Origin: Brevundimonas sp.
Lineage (GTDB): Bacteria > Pseudomonadota > Alphaproteobacteria > Caulobacterales > Caulobacteraceae
Assembly (NCBI RefSeq): GCF_036402095.1
Contig: NZ_DASWTO010000055.1
Coordinates: 9,045 to 73,044, forward strand
DNA length: 64,000 nt
Direction of reading: 5' to 3'
Of this stretch, positions 1 to 10,166 are shown piece by piece (the first letter of the stretch is position 1; each line of letters opens with the position of its first letter). The notes under the pieces were generated by a model that saw only the letters and a list, made by a program, of their open reading frames with translations, had not been told where the DNA came from and searched no databases. The translations under genes were made by a program, and so were the position numbers.

Positions 1-72
1 GAATCTCGTTTGGCCAACCGGCCCGAACCTGTAAGCTGTATTCGCAGATCAGAAACACTTTGCTGAGGCGAG

Positions 73-657
73 ATGCTTACTGTCTATGGAGATGTTCGCT
101 CCGGAAACTGTTTGAAGGTCAAGTGGTTGCTGGATCGACTCGGCCATGATTATCGCTGGGCCGAAACCGACGTCATGTCGGGCCGTACGCGGTCCACAGA
201 ATTCCTCGAGATGAATCCGGCCGGACAGGTTCCGGCGGTGCTGTTCGGGGACGGTCGGGCGCTGGCGCAGTCCAACGCCATCATCGGCTATCTCGGCGAG
301 GGCACGGCGTATGTGCCGGCCGATCCGTGGGACCGGGCGAAGATGTACGAGTGGCTGTTCTGGGAGCAGTACAGCCACGAACCCTATATCGCTGTCGTCC
401 GGTTCCAGCGGGCCTTCCTGGGCAAGCCGGCCTCCGAGATCGAGCCGCGGCTGATGGAGCGGGGTGAGGCGGCGCTGGCGCGGATGGAGGCGGCGCTGAC
501 GCAGGCGGACTGGCTGGTCGGGGACGGGCCGACGCTGGCCGATCTGGCGCTGGTCGCCTACACCCGGTGGGCGCACGAGGGCGGCTTCGACCTTGGGTCG
601 TTCCCGGCGATCCGGCGGTGGATCGGGCGGGTGGAGGCGGCGTTCGGCATAAGCTAA
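73..657 (+). CDS. glutathione S-transferase family protein
   Basis: 194-aa ORF with a GST-like N-terminal thioredoxin fold pattern (YGDVRSGNCLKV, EMNPAGQVPAV, QSNAIIGYL) and a helical C-terminal domain. The antisense and off-frame ORFs here are Arg/Pro-rich shadows. Confidence 0.85.
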   Translation: MLTVYGDVRSGNCLKVKWLLDRLGHDYRWAETDVMSGRTRSTEFLEMNPAGQVPAVLFGDGRALAQSNAIIGYLGEGTAYVPADPWDRAKMYEWLFWEQYSHEPYIAVVRFQRAFLGKPASEIEPRLMERGEAALARMEAALTQADWLVGDGPTLADLALVAYTRWAHEGGFDLGSFPAIRRWIGRVEAAFGIS

Positions 658-683
658 GCCTGCGGGGCGAATCCGGAGGCCGC

Positions 684-1358
684 ATGCGCGATCATCCCTG
701 CCAGCCTCTGACGGGCTATGAGTCCATGGACGACGCCCGGCGGCTGGCGAGGGCGACCGCCTTCCGCACGCTGATGGCCGGTCGCCGGACGGTGCGGGAA
801 TTCTCCGACCGGCCGGTCGAGCGGGCGGTGGTCGAGCAGGCGCTGCTGACGGCCGGATCGGCGCCGTCGGGAGCCAACCACCAGCCCTGGTTCTTCAGCG
901 TCATCGAAAGCCCTGAGGCCCGGGCCCGCATCCGCGCGGCGGCCGAGGCCGAGGAACGGGAATTCTACGCGACCAAGGCCCCGCAGGAGTGGCTGGATGC
1001 GCTGGCGCCGCTGGGCACCGACCCCGACAAGGGCTTCCTGGAGGTGGCGCCGGTGCTCATCGCCGTCTTCGGCCAGAAGCGCGGCGGGCCGAGGCCGGGT
1101 GACGACCGGAAGAACTACTACGTCACCGAGAGCGTCGGCATCGCGACCGGCTTTCTGATCGCGGCCCTGCATTCTGCCGGACTGGCGACCCTGACCCACA
1201 CCCCGGCCCCGATGAGTTTCCTCGGCGAGATCTGCGGCCGGCCAGCGGGGGAGAAGCCCTTCCTGTTGCTGGTTGCGGGGCATCCAGCCGAAGGTGCGAC
1301 CGTGCCGACCGCGGCGCTGGACAAGAAGCCGCTGGACGCCATCGCAGCGTGGATTTAA
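684..1358 (+). CDS. nitroreductase family protein (iodotyrosine-deiodinase-like subgroup, tentative)
   Basis: In-frame ATG at 684 (MRDHPCQ) within track ORF 567..1358. It carries the RRTVREF...SAPSGANHQPWFF motif typical of FMN nitroreductases. The first 39 codons of the track ORF look non-coding (G/R-rich). Confidence 0.75.
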   Translation: MRDHPCQPLTGYESMDDARRLARATAFRTLMAGRRTVREFSDRPVERAVVEQALLTAGSAPSGANHQPWFFSVIESPEARARIRAAAEAEEREFYATKAPQEWLDALAPLGTDPDKGFLEVAPVLIAVFGQKRGGPRPGDDRKNYYVTESVGIATGFLIAALHSAGLATLTHTPAPMSFLGEICGRPAGEKPFLLLVAGHPAEGATVPTAALDKKPLDAIAAWI

Positions 1359-1385
1359 CCGACGGCGTTCCTTTTGGAGTTCGCC

Positions 1386-2417
1386 ATGAAGCGCCTCGCC
1401 ATCGCCCTGTCCGCCCTGACGCTGGGCGTCGCCACCCTGTCGGTTCCCGCCCTGGTTTCCGCCTGGGGCAATACGGGCCACCGGCTGATCGGGGTCGCCG
1501 CCGTGCGTGGCCTGACGGATGAGCTGCCGGCCTTCCTGCGTACGCCGGGGGCCGCGGCCGAGGTCGGCGAGCTGGCGCGCGAGCCGGATCGCACCAAGGG
1601 TGGCGGCCAGCCGCACGACCGCGAGCGCGACACCGCGCACTTCATCGACATGGACGACGGCGGACGGGTGATCACTGCCGCCGGGCCGTCGATCGACGCC
1701 CTGCCGCGGCTGAAGTCGGAGTATGACGCGGCCCTGGTCGCGGCCGGACTCGACGTCGACGACGCCGGCTACCTGCCCTACGCCATCATGGACGGCTATC
1801 AGCAGCTGGTGCGCGACTTCGCCACCTGGCGGGTCTTGAACGCCGCCGAGGCGCGCGAGAGCGACCCCGGCAAGCGCGCCTGGTACCGCGAGGACCGGCT
1901 GCGGCGCGAGGCGCTGATCCTGCGCGACATGGGCTATCTGGGACATTACGTCGGCGACGGCAGCCAGCCGCACCATACGACGATCCACTACAACGGCTGG
2001 TCGCGGGACGTTCCGAACCCGGAGGGCTTCACCACCTCGCGGCAGACGCACGGCGCGTTCGAGGGGGCGTTCACGGCGCGGGTGGCGCGGCTGGACGCGG
2101 TCGAGGCGGCGATGGCGGCGCCCCGGCTGGACGGATTCGATCTGCGCGCGCGCGTGCCCGCCTATCTGAAGACCACGCTGGCCGAGGTGCTGCCGTTCTA
2201 TCAGCTGGAGAAGGCGGGCGGCTTCGGCGAGAGCGACGCGCGCGGCGGCGCCTTCGTGACGGCGCGGCTAGCGGCGGGGGCGGCCGAACTGCGCGACCTG
2301 TTCATTCTGGCGTGGCGGGACTCGGCGGACGACGAGATCGGCTGGCCCAAGGTCAAGGTGGCCGAGGTCGAGGCGGGGACGGCCGACCCGTGGCTGGCCA
2401 TGTACGGCGACGACTGA
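1386..2417 (+). CDS. S1/P1 nuclease family protein, secreted
   Basis: Signal peptide (MKRLAIALSALTLGVATLSVPALVSA) followed by WGNTGH. The metal-ligand-like motifs HFIDMDD and GDGSQPHH match S1/P1 nucleases. GGAG lies 6 nt upstream of the ATG at 1386. Confidence 0.75.
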   Translation: MKRLAIALSALTLGVATLSVPALVSAWGNTGHRLIGVAAVRGLTDELPAFLRTPGAAAEVGELAREPDRTKGGGQPHDRERDTAHFIDMDDGGRVITAAGPSIDALPRLKSEYDAALVAAGLDVDDAGYLPYAIMDGYQQLVRDFATWRVLNAAEARESDPGKRAWYREDRLRREALILRDMGYLGHYVGDGSQPHHTTIHYNGWSRDVPNPEGFTTSRQTHGAFEGAFTARVARLDAVEAAMAAPRLDGFDLRARVPAYLKTTLAEVLPFYQLEKAGGFGESDARGGAFVTARLAAGAAELRDLFILAWRDSADDEIGWPKVKVAEVEAGTADPWLAMYGDD

Positions 2418-2653
2418 TGACGGTCACGGATACATTGGGCGTTCAGGAGCTTTCCATCAGGGAGGCCTACCAATGCATGTTCCGCTTTCTCGACAGCTAC
2501 TGGGAGCGGGGTGGCAAGTCGGATGACCAGATCGCCATGCTTCTGGGCGGCATGGCGCTATCCTCCGATGGCATCACCATGGACCCGGCCATGATGTCGG
2601 ATTGGCTCGAGGCGGTACGCGCAGTCACGGGCAAGGGTCCGGCTCCCCTCTGA
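2417..2653 (+). CDS. hypothetical small protein (78 aa)
   Basis: TGATG stop/start overlap with the upstream gene at 2415-2419 and with the downstream gene at 2651-2655. The amino-acid composition is non-shadow-like. I recognised no family. Confidence 0.45.
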   Translation: MTVTDTLGVQELSIREAYQCMFRFLDSYWERGGKSDDQIAMLLGGMALSSDGITMDPAMMSDWLEAVRAVTGKGPAPL

Positions 2654-3426
2654 TGTCCGATCCTGCACCGCCCGTCATCATCCTCGACAAGCCGCAGCTG
2701 GCCGACAACATCGGCGCTGTGGCGCGGGTGATGGCCAATTTCGGCCTGTCCGAGCTGAGGCTGGTCGCCCCGCGCGACGGCTGGCCGCAGGACCGGGCCT
2801 GGGCCACGGCCTCGGGGGCCGACTGGGTGCTGGACGGGGTCAGGGTGTTCGACACGGTGGCCGAGGCCGTCGCCGACCTGAACACCGTATTCTCGACCAC
2901 GGCCCGCCCGCGCGAGACGCGGATGCCGGTGCGCACGCCGCGAGAGTCGATGCGGCTGCTCTACGACGACCGGGCCTCGGGGCTGACCGTCGGGCTGCTG
3001 TTCGGGGGCGAGCGGGCCGGGCTGGAGACCACAGACATCGCGCTGACGCAGGGGATCGTCACCATCCCGATCGACCCGAAGCACCATTCACTGAACCTGG
3101 CGCAGGCGGTGGCGATCAATGCCTATGAGTGGCGCACCCTGATCCTCGACGCGCCCCCTCCGCGGTTCCGGGAGGGCGATCCGCCGGCGTCCAACGAGCT
3201 GCTGGTCGGGATGTACGAGCATCTGGAGAAGGAGCTGGACGAGGGCGGCTTCTTCCATCCGCCGGAAAAGAAGCGGTCCATGAGCCAGAATCTGCGGGTG
3301 ATGCTGGGCCGGGCCGGGTTCTCGGAGCAGGAGGTGGCGACGTTCAGGGGCGTGATCCACGCGCTGGCCAAAGGGCGCGGCCGGGTGCTGGCCAAGCTGG
3401 CGGCGAAGAAGGCGGCTGAGAAGTAA
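2653..3426 (+). CDS. SpoU/TrmH-family RNA 2'-O-methyltransferase (TrmJ-like)
   Basis: The start region (VIILDKPQLADNIGAVARVMANFG...LRLV) and the later LLFGGERAGL and HSLNLAQAVAI motifs match SPOUT methyltransferases. The start is coupled to the upstream gene by TGATG. Confidence 0.8.
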   Translation: MSDPAPPVIILDKPQLADNIGAVARVMANFGLSELRLVAPRDGWPQDRAWATASGADWVLDGVRVFDTVAEAVADLNTVFSTTARPRETRMPVRTPRESMRLLYDDRASGLTVGLLFGGERAGLETTDIALTQGIVTIPIDPKHHSLNLAQAVAINAYEWRTLILDAPPPRFREGDPPASNELLVGMYEHLEKELDEGGFFHPPEKKRSMSQNLRVMLGRAGFSEQEVATFRGVIHALAKGRGRVLAKLAAKKAAEK

Positions 3427-3450
3427 CCCTCTCCCGCCGGGAGAGGGACG

Positions 3451-4176
3451 CTAGAGCTGCCCACAAAACTGCGGCACCACGTCGGTCGCCGGACCGTAGC
3501 GCGTCTCATCGAACAGGCGGCTGCCGAGCGACGGCTCAAGGTTGAGCTCGACCGTCCGGGCGCCGGCGTGGTTGGCGAGCTGGACGAAGCCGGCGGCGGG
3601 ATGGACGGCGCCTGAGGTGCCGATCGAGACGAACAGGTCGCAGCGGGCGAGGGCGGCCTCGATCCGGTCCATGTGCAGCGGAAATTCGCCAAACCAGACG
3701 ATGTGCGGGCGCAGGCGGCCGACGGGGTGGAAAGGCGAGGGCTCGACGGCGGCGAGGTCGACGGGCCAGTCGCAAACGCGGCCGGTGGCCGTGCACTGCG
3801 CCTTGAGCAGTTCGCCGTGCATGTGGATCAGTTCGAAGCCGGAGGCCGGCGGCGTCTCGGCATGGGCGCGGTCGTGCAGGTCGTCGACGTTCTGGGTGAC
3901 CAGCAGGAAATCGCCCTCCCAGCGGGCGGCGAGGTCGGCGAGGGCGTGGTGGGCGGTGTTCGGGTGAACATCCGCGAGCTGGCGGCGGCGGCGATTGTAG
4001 AAGTCCTGCACCAGGGCCGGGTCGCGGGCGAAGGCCTGGGGCGTCGCCACGTCCTCGACGCGATGGCCCATCCACAGGCCGTCGGCGGCCCGGAAGGTGG
4101 GCACGCCGGACTCGGCGGAGATACCGGAGCCGGTGAGGACGACGAGGTTTCGGTGCGCCATGCGGTTCCATAGCAT
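3451..4176 (-). CDS. cobB: NAD-dependent protein deacylase (Sir2 family)
   Basis: [22 protein letters not shown] and VTQNVDDLH sirtuin motifs. An alternative start at 4161 is possible. Confidence 0.9.
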   Translation of the reverse strand: MLWNRMAHRNLVVLTGSGISAESGVPTFRAADGLWMGHRVEDVATPQAFARDPALVQDFYNRRRRQLADVHPNTAHHALADLAARWEGDFLLVTQNVDDLHDRAHAETPPASGFELIHMHGELLKAQCTATGRVCDWPVDLAAVEPSPFHPVGRLRPHIVWFGEFPLHMDRIEAALARCDLFVSIGTSGAVHPAAGFVQLANHAGARTVELNLEPSLGSRLFDETRYGPATDVVPQFCGQL

Positions 4177-4221
4177 CGGCGGTCTGTCCTAGAAGAGCGG
4201 CAACGCACCGGAGCCTCGCCC

Positions 4222-5328
4222 ATGAAAACCCGCGCCGCCGTCGCCTTTGAGGCCAAAAAGCCGCTGGAGATCGTCGAGCTCGATCTGGAGGGGCCGCGCG
4301 CCGGGGAGGTGCTGGTCGAGATCAAGGCGACGGGCATCTGCCACACCGACGCCTATACGCTGGACGGTCTGGACAGCGAGGGGATCTTCCCGTCGATCCT
4401 CGGGCACGAGGGCGCCGGTGTGGTGGTCGAGGTCGGGCCGGGGGTGACCTCGGTCGCGGTGGGGGACCATGTGATCCCGCTGTACACGCCCGAGTGCCGG
4501 CAATGTAAAAGCTGCCTGAGCCGCAAGACCAACCTGTGCACCGCCATCCGGGGCACGCAGGGCAAGGGGCTGATGCCCGACGGCACCTCGCGCTTCAGTT
4601 ACAAGGGGCAGGCGATCGCCCACTATATGGGCTGCTCGACCTTCTCGAATTTCACGGTCCTGCCGGAGATCGCGGTGGCGAAGATCCGCAAGGACGCGCC
4701 GTTCGACAAGGCCTGCTACGTCGGCTGCGGCGTCACCACGGGCGTGGGGGCGGTGGTCAATACGGCCCGGGTGGAGCCGGGGGCCAACTGCGTGGTGTTC
4801 GGCCTCGGCGGCATCGGGCTGAACGTCATCCAGGGGCTGAAGATGGTCGGGGCCGACATGATCGTCGGCGTGGACATCAATCCGTCGAAGGAATCGTGGG
4901 GCCGGCGCTTCGGCATGACCCATTTCGTCAATCCGAGGGACGTGCCGGACGTGGTGGCGCATCTGGTCGAGCTGACCGGGGGCGGGGCGGACTACACCTT
5001 CGACTGCACCGGCAACACCACGGTGATGCGCCAGGCGCTGGAGGCCTGTCACCGCGGTTGGGGCGAGAGCGTCATCATCGGCGTGGCCGAGGCGGGCAAG
5101 GAGATCGCCACGCGGCCGTTCCAGCTGGTCACCGGCCGGGTGTGGCGCGGCTCGGCCTTCGGCGGCGCGCGGGGACGCACCGATACGCCGAAGGTCGTCG
5201 ACTGGTATATGGACGGGAAGATCGAGATCGACCCGATGATCACCCACACCCTGCCGCTGGAGCGGATCAACGAGGCCTTCGACCTGATGCATGCGGGGGA
5301 GAGCATCCGCAGCGTGGTGGTGTTCTGA
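4222..5328 (+). CDS. adhC: S-(hydroxymethyl)glutathione dehydrogenase / class III alcohol dehydrogenase
   Basis: 368 aa. [20 protein letters not shown] and the structural-zinc Cys cluster ([15 protein letters not shown]) are typical of class III ADH. Confidence 0.92.
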   Translation: MKTRAAVAFEAKKPLEIVELDLEGPRAGEVLVEIKATGICHTDAYTLDGLDSEGIFPSILGHEGAGVVVEVGPGVTSVAVGDHVIPLYTPECRQCKSCLSRKTNLCTAIRGTQGKGLMPDGTSRFSYKGQAIAHYMGCSTFSNFTVLPEIAVAKIRKDAPFDKACYVGCGVTTGVGAVVNTARVEPGANCVVFGLGGIGLNVIQGLKMVGADMIVGVDINPSKESWGRRFGMTHFVNPRDVPDVVAHLVELTGGGADYTFDCTGNTTVMRQALEACHRGWGESVIIGVAEAGKEIATRPFQLVTGRVWRGSAFGGARGRTDTPKVVDWYMDGKIEIDPMITHTLPLERINEAFDLMHAGESIRSVVVF

Positions 5329-5389
5329 CGACAGGCGTTCCGGGGGACGGCCCGCGTGCTCCCCGGACGACGATGGAGGGAGGCCTGAC

Positions 5390-5743
5390 ATGGGCAAATG
5401 GTATTCGCGTCCCGTTCTGTTCGTGGCCGACGTCCAGCGGGCGGCGGACTTCTACGTCGGCAAGCTCGGCTTCAGCGAAAAGTGGCGCTTCGCCGACGAG
5501 GTGGCGCAGGTCGATCGCGACGAGTGCGAGATCATCGTCAGCAGCCAGCGACCGGAGAAGACCGGCATGGGCATGCTGTTCATCGAATTGACCGCGGCCG
5601 ACTGGAAGGCCCTGCCCGACGCCTTCGCCCGGAACGACGTCGCGTTCACACGGGGGCGCTGGGGGTATCCGGTGCTGATCGTGGACGACCCCGACGGCAA
5701 CCAGCTGTTCTTCCCCGACCCGGAAGACCCCGGTGACATGTGA
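5390..5743 (+). CDS. VOC (glyoxalase/bleomycin-resistance) family protein
   Basis: In-frame ATG at 5390 (MGKWYSRPVLFVADVQRAADFYVGKLGF). Ends with the DPDGNQLFF motif typical of VOC folds. Confidence 0.7.
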   Translation: MGKWYSRPVLFVADVQRAADFYVGKLGFSEKWRFADEVAQVDRDECEIIVSSQRPEKTGMGMLFIELTAADWKALPDAFARNDVAFTRGRWGYPVLIVDDPDGNQLFFPDPEDPGDM

Positions 5744-5810
5744 CGGCCTTGCCTTCCCATGTCAGTTCGTTAAAGAAACGGACTGAGGATTCACCGGCAG
5801 GGAGGCCGCC

Positions 5811-6194
5811 ATGTTCACCCACATCACCGTCGGCGCGAACGACGTCGAGGCGTCGCGCAAATTCTATGACGCGGCCTTGGGCGCGCTGGGACTCGAGCCG
5901 GCGAGCGGGCCGGACCCGAAGGGGCGGTACTGGTGGCGGACGGCGCGCGGCGCCTTCGCCGTCGGCAAGCCCATCGACGGCGAGGCCGCCTGCCACGCCA
6001 ATGGCGGCACGATCGGCTTCGCGGCGAAGACCCCGGAGATGGTGCATGCCTTCCACGACGCGGGCGTGGCGGCCGGCGGGCGCTCGATCGAGGACCCGCC
6101 CGGGCTGCGCGAGGGCGCGTTCGGCAAGCTGTATCTGGCCTATCTGCGCGATCCGGACGGCAACAAGGTCTGCGCGCTGCACCGGATGGGATAG
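5811..6194 (+). CDS. VOC (glyoxalase) family protein
   Basis: 127 aa with the MFTHITVGANDVEASRKFYD and YLRDPDGNKV motifs. Confidence 0.75.
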   Translation: MFTHITVGANDVEASRKFYDAALGALGLEPASGPDPKGRYWWRTARGAFAVGKPIDGEAACHANGGTIGFAAKTPEMVHAFHDAGVAAGGRSIEDPPGLREGAFGKLYLAYLRDPDGNKVCALHRMG

Positions 6195-6282
6195 AGCACG
6201 GTTTCCACCGGAACCCCTCACCCTCCCACCGCTGCGCGGCGGACCCCTCCCTCTCCCTCCGGGAGAGGGGTAGGAGGCGGGC

Positions 6283-7116
6283 ATGGAAACCCTGAAGACC
6301 CACGCCGTCCACGGCGGAACGCTGCGCTATCTCAGGCACGACAGCCGGGCGACCGGCACGGCGATGACGCTGTCGGTGTTCGTTCCGCCGGGGGAGGGGC
6401 CGTTTCCGGTCCTGATCTGGCTGTCCGGACTGACCTGTACCGAGGATAATTTCACCACCAAGGCCGGGGCCTACGGGCCGGCGGCCGAGCACGGCCTGAT
6501 CGTCGTGGCGCCGGACACCTCGCCGCGCGGAGAGGGGGTGGCTGACGATCCGGCGTATGACCTCGGGCAGGGCGCCGGCTTCTATGTCGATGCGACGCAG
6601 GCGCCGTGGGCGCCGCATTTCTGCATGGAGCGATATGTCGTCGACGAGCTGATCGGCCTGGTCGACGCGGAGTTCCCGACCACGAGGGCACGGTCGATCT
6701 CGGGGCATTCGATGGGCGGGCATGGGGCGCTGACGCTGGCGCTCAGGCATCCGCATCTGTTCCGTTCGGTGTCGGCCTTCGCGCCGATCGCCTCACCGAC
6801 CCGCTGTCGGTGGGGGGAAAAGGCGTTCACGGCCTATCTGGGCGAGGACCGCGACGCGTGGGCTCAGCATGACGCGGCGCGCCTGATCGAGGCGGGGGTC
6901 GGGGCAGGCTGTTACGACGACATCCTGATCGACCAGGGCGACGCCGATCCGTTCCTGGCCGAACAGCTGAAGCCGGAGCTTCTGGCGGCGGCGGCGGAGG
7001 CGGCGGGGCAGGCGGTCACGCTGCGGATGCAGCCGGGGTACGACCACTCCTACTTCTTCATGGCCAGCTTCATCGCCGATCACGTGGCCTTCCATGCGGC
7101 GCGGCTTAAGGGCTGA
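6283..7116 (+). CDS. fghA: S-formylglutathione hydrolase (esterase D family)
   Basis: 277 aa. LIWLSGLTCTEDNF and the nucleophile elbow GHSMGGHGAL match esterase D. It clusters with adhC. Confidence 0.9.
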   Translation: METLKTHAVHGGTLRYLRHDSRATGTAMTLSVFVPPGEGPFPVLIWLSGLTCTEDNFTTKAGAYGPAAEHGLIVVAPDTSPRGEGVADDPAYDLGQGAGFYVDATQAPWAPHFCMERYVVDELIGLVDAEFPTTRARSISGHSMGGHGALTLALRHPHLFRSVSAFAPIASPTRCRWGEKAFTAYLGEDRDAWAQHDAARLIEAGVGAGCYDDILIDQGDADPFLAEQLKPELLAAAAEAAGQAVTLRMQPGYDHSYFFMASFIADHVAFHAARLKG

Positions 7117-7161
7117 GCCGAACGTGCTACGGTGGCGGCTCCACATGGGAGGAGGCCCGCC

Positions 7162-8140
7162 ATGTTCCGATCCGTCTTCGCCGCCGGCGCTTCGGCGCTT
7201 TTGCTGGCGGCCGCGCCCGCCGTGGCGCAGCAGCAGATGGTCGATCCCGACTTCCGGCCGACGGTAGAGCGGCCGGCGTATGCGGGGGGGGCAGGGGCCG
7301 GTCGTCGCGATCGACGAGGCGCACGCCAATTTCCATCGCATGGAGGGGCAGTACGCGCCTTTCGCGGCGCTGCTGAGGGCCGACGGCTACCGCGTACGGG
7401 CCGGAACGCTGGCGTTCGACGCCGGCGGGCTGGACGGCGTGGACGTGCTGGTGATCGCCAATGCGGGCGCGACCGGCGAGCGGCCGACGCCGCCGGCGTT
7501 CACGGAGGCCGAGGGTGCCGCGCTGGAGGCCTGGGTGCGGGACGGCGGCAGGCTGCTGCTGATCGCCGACCACACGCCATTCGGGGCCGCCGCCGAGGCG
7601 CTGGCGGCCCGGTTCGGGGTGAGGATGGGAACGGGCTACGCCTTCGCGATGCCTGACGAGCTCAATCTGACCACCACCCTGGTCTATCCGGCCGAGGCGT
7701 TGGGGGCTCATGCGATCCTGACGGGGCGGAGCGCCGACGAACGGGTCACGGGTGTGACGGCGTTCACCGGCCAGTCGCTGGAGGGACCGGCCGGGGCGAC
7801 GATGCTGCTGCGGATGCCGGCGGGCGCGCGCGAGTCTCGCGACCTGCCGACGCTGCAGGCCCTGGCCGGCCGGCTGGAACAGGCCGGCGAGACGGGAGCC
7901 GGCGCCGCAGAGGCCGTGGAGGAGCTGTCGGCGCCCGCGCTTCCGGCCCAGGGCTTGGCCTTCGACCATGGTCGGGGACGGGTCGTGGTGCTGGGCGAGG
8001 CCGGGATGCTGTCGGCGCAGCTGATCCGCTTTCCGCCGGAGAGCGGTCAGGCCGACCGCCGCTTCGGCATGAACGCGGCGCCGGGCAACGCGCGGTTCGG
8101 GTTGAACATATTGCACTGGCTGACCGGCCTGCTGCCCTGA
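7162..8140 (+). pseudogene. secreted hypothetical protein whose reading frame is split at a G8 homopolymer (frameshift or assembly error)
   Basis: The signal peptide MFRSVFAAGASALLLAAAPAVAQQ is in frame 1 (RBS GGGAGGAGG at 7147-7155). The protein-like body (GQGPVVAIDEAHANFH...) is in frame 2 from about 7280. The two frames join if one G is removed from GGGGGGGG at 7284-7291. Confidence 0.5.
7284..7291. repeat. G8 homopolymer tract at the frame junction
   Basis: Read directly from the sequence: tgcGGGGGGGGca. Confidence 0.95.
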
Positions 8141-8160
8141 AGCCGTGCTATGGGACGGCC

Positions 8161-8394
8161 ATGACCGACGTTTCCGACAAGTCTTACGACGCCCTGTTCG
8201 CGGCCCTCTGTGTCGAGCTCGGCTTCTGCCTGCATCCCAAGGGGGAGAAGCGGGTGCTGGCGGCCCTGCCGAACGGGCTGGACGCCGCGACGCGGGCGGT
8301 GTTCGAGGCCGAAGGCGTGGACTTCGTCTCGGCGTCCGGCGACCTGCGGCGGGCGGTTCGGGACTGCCTGAAGGCCAATCTGCCCGAGGCGTGA
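8161..8394 (+). CDS. hypothetical protein (77 aa)
   Basis: Balanced amino-acid composition with no competing plausible ORF. I recognised no family. Confidence 0.45.
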   Translation: MTDVSDKSYDALFAALCVELGFCLHPKGEKRVLAALPNGLDAATRAVFEAEGVDFVSASGDLRRAVRDCLKANLPEA

Positions 8395-8485
8395 CCGGAA
8401 CGGAATTCGGCTGCCGGACTTGGGTTCAGCGGTTGGGCGCCTAGATGAGGGCTCCCCCGAAATCCCAGTCGAAGGAGCCTCCCCC

Positions 8486-9100
8486 ATGGCCTTTACGCTT
8501 CCGCCTCTCCCGTACGCCTATGACGCGCTGGAGCCGGCCATCGACAAGGAGACGATGACCTTCCACCACGACAAGCACCACCAGGCCTATGTCGACAAGC
8601 TGAACGAGGCCGTGGACGCCGACGCCTCGCTGCAGGGCAAGTCGCTGGAAGACCTGTTGGCCCATATCTCGAAGGCCCCGAAGGCCGTGCGCAATAACGG
8701 CGGCGGGCACTGGAACCACAGCCTGTTCTGGGAGCTGCTCGCGCCGCAGGACCAGACCGGCGAACCGTCGGCCGGACTGGCCGCCGCCATCGACCGCGAC
8801 CTGGGCGGGATGGACAAGTTCAAGGAGGCCTTCAACGCCGCGGGCGCCGGCCAGTTCGGCTCGGGCTGGGCCTGGCTGATCGTCCAGGACGGCAAGCTCA
8901 AGGTCACCTCCACGCCGAACCAGGACAATCCGCTGATGGATGTGGCGGATGAGCGGGGCGCAGTGGTGCTGGCCGCCGACGTCTGGGAGCACGCCTATTA
9001 CCTGAAGTACCAGAACCGCCGGGCGGATTACCTGAAGGCGTTCTGGTCCGTGGTGAACTGGAACAAGGCCAACGACCTGTTCGCGGCGGCGACGGCCTGA
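8486..9100 (+). CDS. sodA: superoxide dismutase, Mn-type signature
   Basis: [17 protein letters not shown] and [15 protein letters not shown] motifs. [13 protein letters not shown] and [10 protein letters not shown] resemble Mn-SOD rather than Fe-SOD. RBS GAAGGAG at 8471-8477. Confidence 0.9.
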   Translation: MAFTLPPLPYAYDALEPAIDKETMTFHHDKHHQAYVDKLNEAVDADASLQGKSLEDLLAHISKAPKAVRNNGGGHWNHSLFWELLAPQDQTGEPSAGLAAAIDRDLGGMDKFKEAFNAAGAGQFGSGWAWLIVQDGKLKVTSTPNQDNPLMDVADERGAVVLAADVWEHAYYLKYQNRRADYLKAFWSVVNWNKANDLFAAATA

Positions 9101-9181
9101 GCCGAAAAGGCGCCCGGGGTGGTGGCGCCGGGCGCCATGGCTTCCCAGCTTGAGCGTAGCCAAGCCACCGCCGGAGTCGTC

Positions 9182-10114
9182 ATGACCTTCTATGCCCGCC
9201 TCGCCGTGACCAGCCTCATCCTCGCCGCCGTTCTCGGCGCCTGCTCCCCGCCCGCCGAGAAGGCCGTGACGCCAGCTGAAGCGCCGGCGGTCGATGCGAA
9301 CCCTGACGTTCATACCTTCCGTATCGGTGAGCTGCAGGCGGCCGCGCTTCGGGACGGCGAGCTGACCTTTCCGGCGGCGGACCGGGAGATGAGCCCGTGG
9401 AGCGACACCGCCGAAGTGTCGGCGCTGCTGACGACGTCCGGACAGGCGGAGGGCCAGATCCATCTGTCGATCCAGCCCTTGCTGGTGCGGGACGGCGACC
9501 GGGTGGTTCTGATCGACGCCGGCGCCGGCGGCCAGATGGGCACGGAGGGCAATCTGCTGGCCTCCTTGCGCGCCGCGGGCGTGGAGCCGGGACAGATCAC
9601 GGACGTGCTGATCTCGCACGCCCACGGCGACCACGTCGGCGGTCTCGCCGGCAAGGACGGCGCCCTGGCCTTCCCCAATGCGGTGATCAGGATGAGCGCG
9701 GCGGAGTGGGAGTACGCCAAGGCGGGCGCCGCCGAGGCGGGGGCGGGGCCGCTGCTGGCGGCCATCACGCCGAAGGTGGAGACGTTCGCGCCGGGTGCGC
9801 AGGTGACGCCCTCGATCCGGGCCGTGGCGCTGGAGGGACATACGCCGGGGCATAGCGGCTATGAGATCGTCTCCGGCCGGGATCGCCTGCTCTATATCGG
9901 CGACGCCCTGCACAGTTCGCTGGTGTCGGTGCAGCGGCCTGAGCTGGTCAACGCCTGGGACGGCGACAGCGCGGCCGCGATCCGCACCCGGCAGGGCCTG
10001 CTGGAGCGCGGGGCCTCGGGGAGCCTGCGCATCTATGGGGTCCACTTCCCGTTCCCCGGGCTCGGTGAGTTCCGGCGTCGCGACGACGGCTTCGTCTGGG
10101 GCCAGGAAGAATAG
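9182..10114 (+). CDS. MBL-fold metallo-hydrolase, lipoprotein signal
   Basis: Lipobox LGAC at the N-terminus. The ISHAHGDHVGG zinc motif and a later HTPGH are present. Confidence 0.8.
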   Translation: MTFYARLAVTSLILAAVLGACSPPAEKAVTPAEAPAVDANPDVHTFRIGELQAAALRDGELTFPAADREMSPWSDTAEVSALLTTSGQAEGQIHLSIQPLLVRDGDRVVLIDAGAGGQMGTEGNLLASLRAAGVEPGQITDVLISHAHGDHVGGLAGKDGALAFPNAVIRMSAAEWEYAKAGAAEAGAGPLLAAITPKVETFAPGAQVTPSIRAVALEGHTPGHSGYEIVSGRDRLLYIGDALHSSLVSVQRPELVNAWDGDSAAAIRTRQGLLERGASGSLRIYGVHFPFPGLGEFRRRDDGFVWGQEE

Positions 10115-10166
10115 GCGTCAGATTTTGACGCTTGCTTGGGGAACGTCGGTCGGCGACCCTCCGGGC

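Noticed and set aside
654-2051. Long ORFs in the track that overlap real genes in antisense or off-frame. Examples: 654..2051 -, 4189..5397 -, 8441..10045 -, 13200..14672 +, 19020..20150 +, 20453..21886 +, 22697..23818 -, 27594..28835 -, 36652..38913 +, 55012..56988 -, 57848..59485 -.
   Set aside because: Their translations are dominated by Arg/Pro/Gly/Ala and lack recognisable motifs. Each overlaps a gene with a clear family signature. This is typical of stop-codon-poor shadow frames in high-GC DNA.
9109-9136. GC-rich inverted repeat after the SOD gene (GGCGCCCGG...CCGGGCGCC) as an intrinsic terminator.
   Set aside because: No U-tract follows it, and it lies within or next to the start region of the next ORF. 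I am not confident enough to list it.
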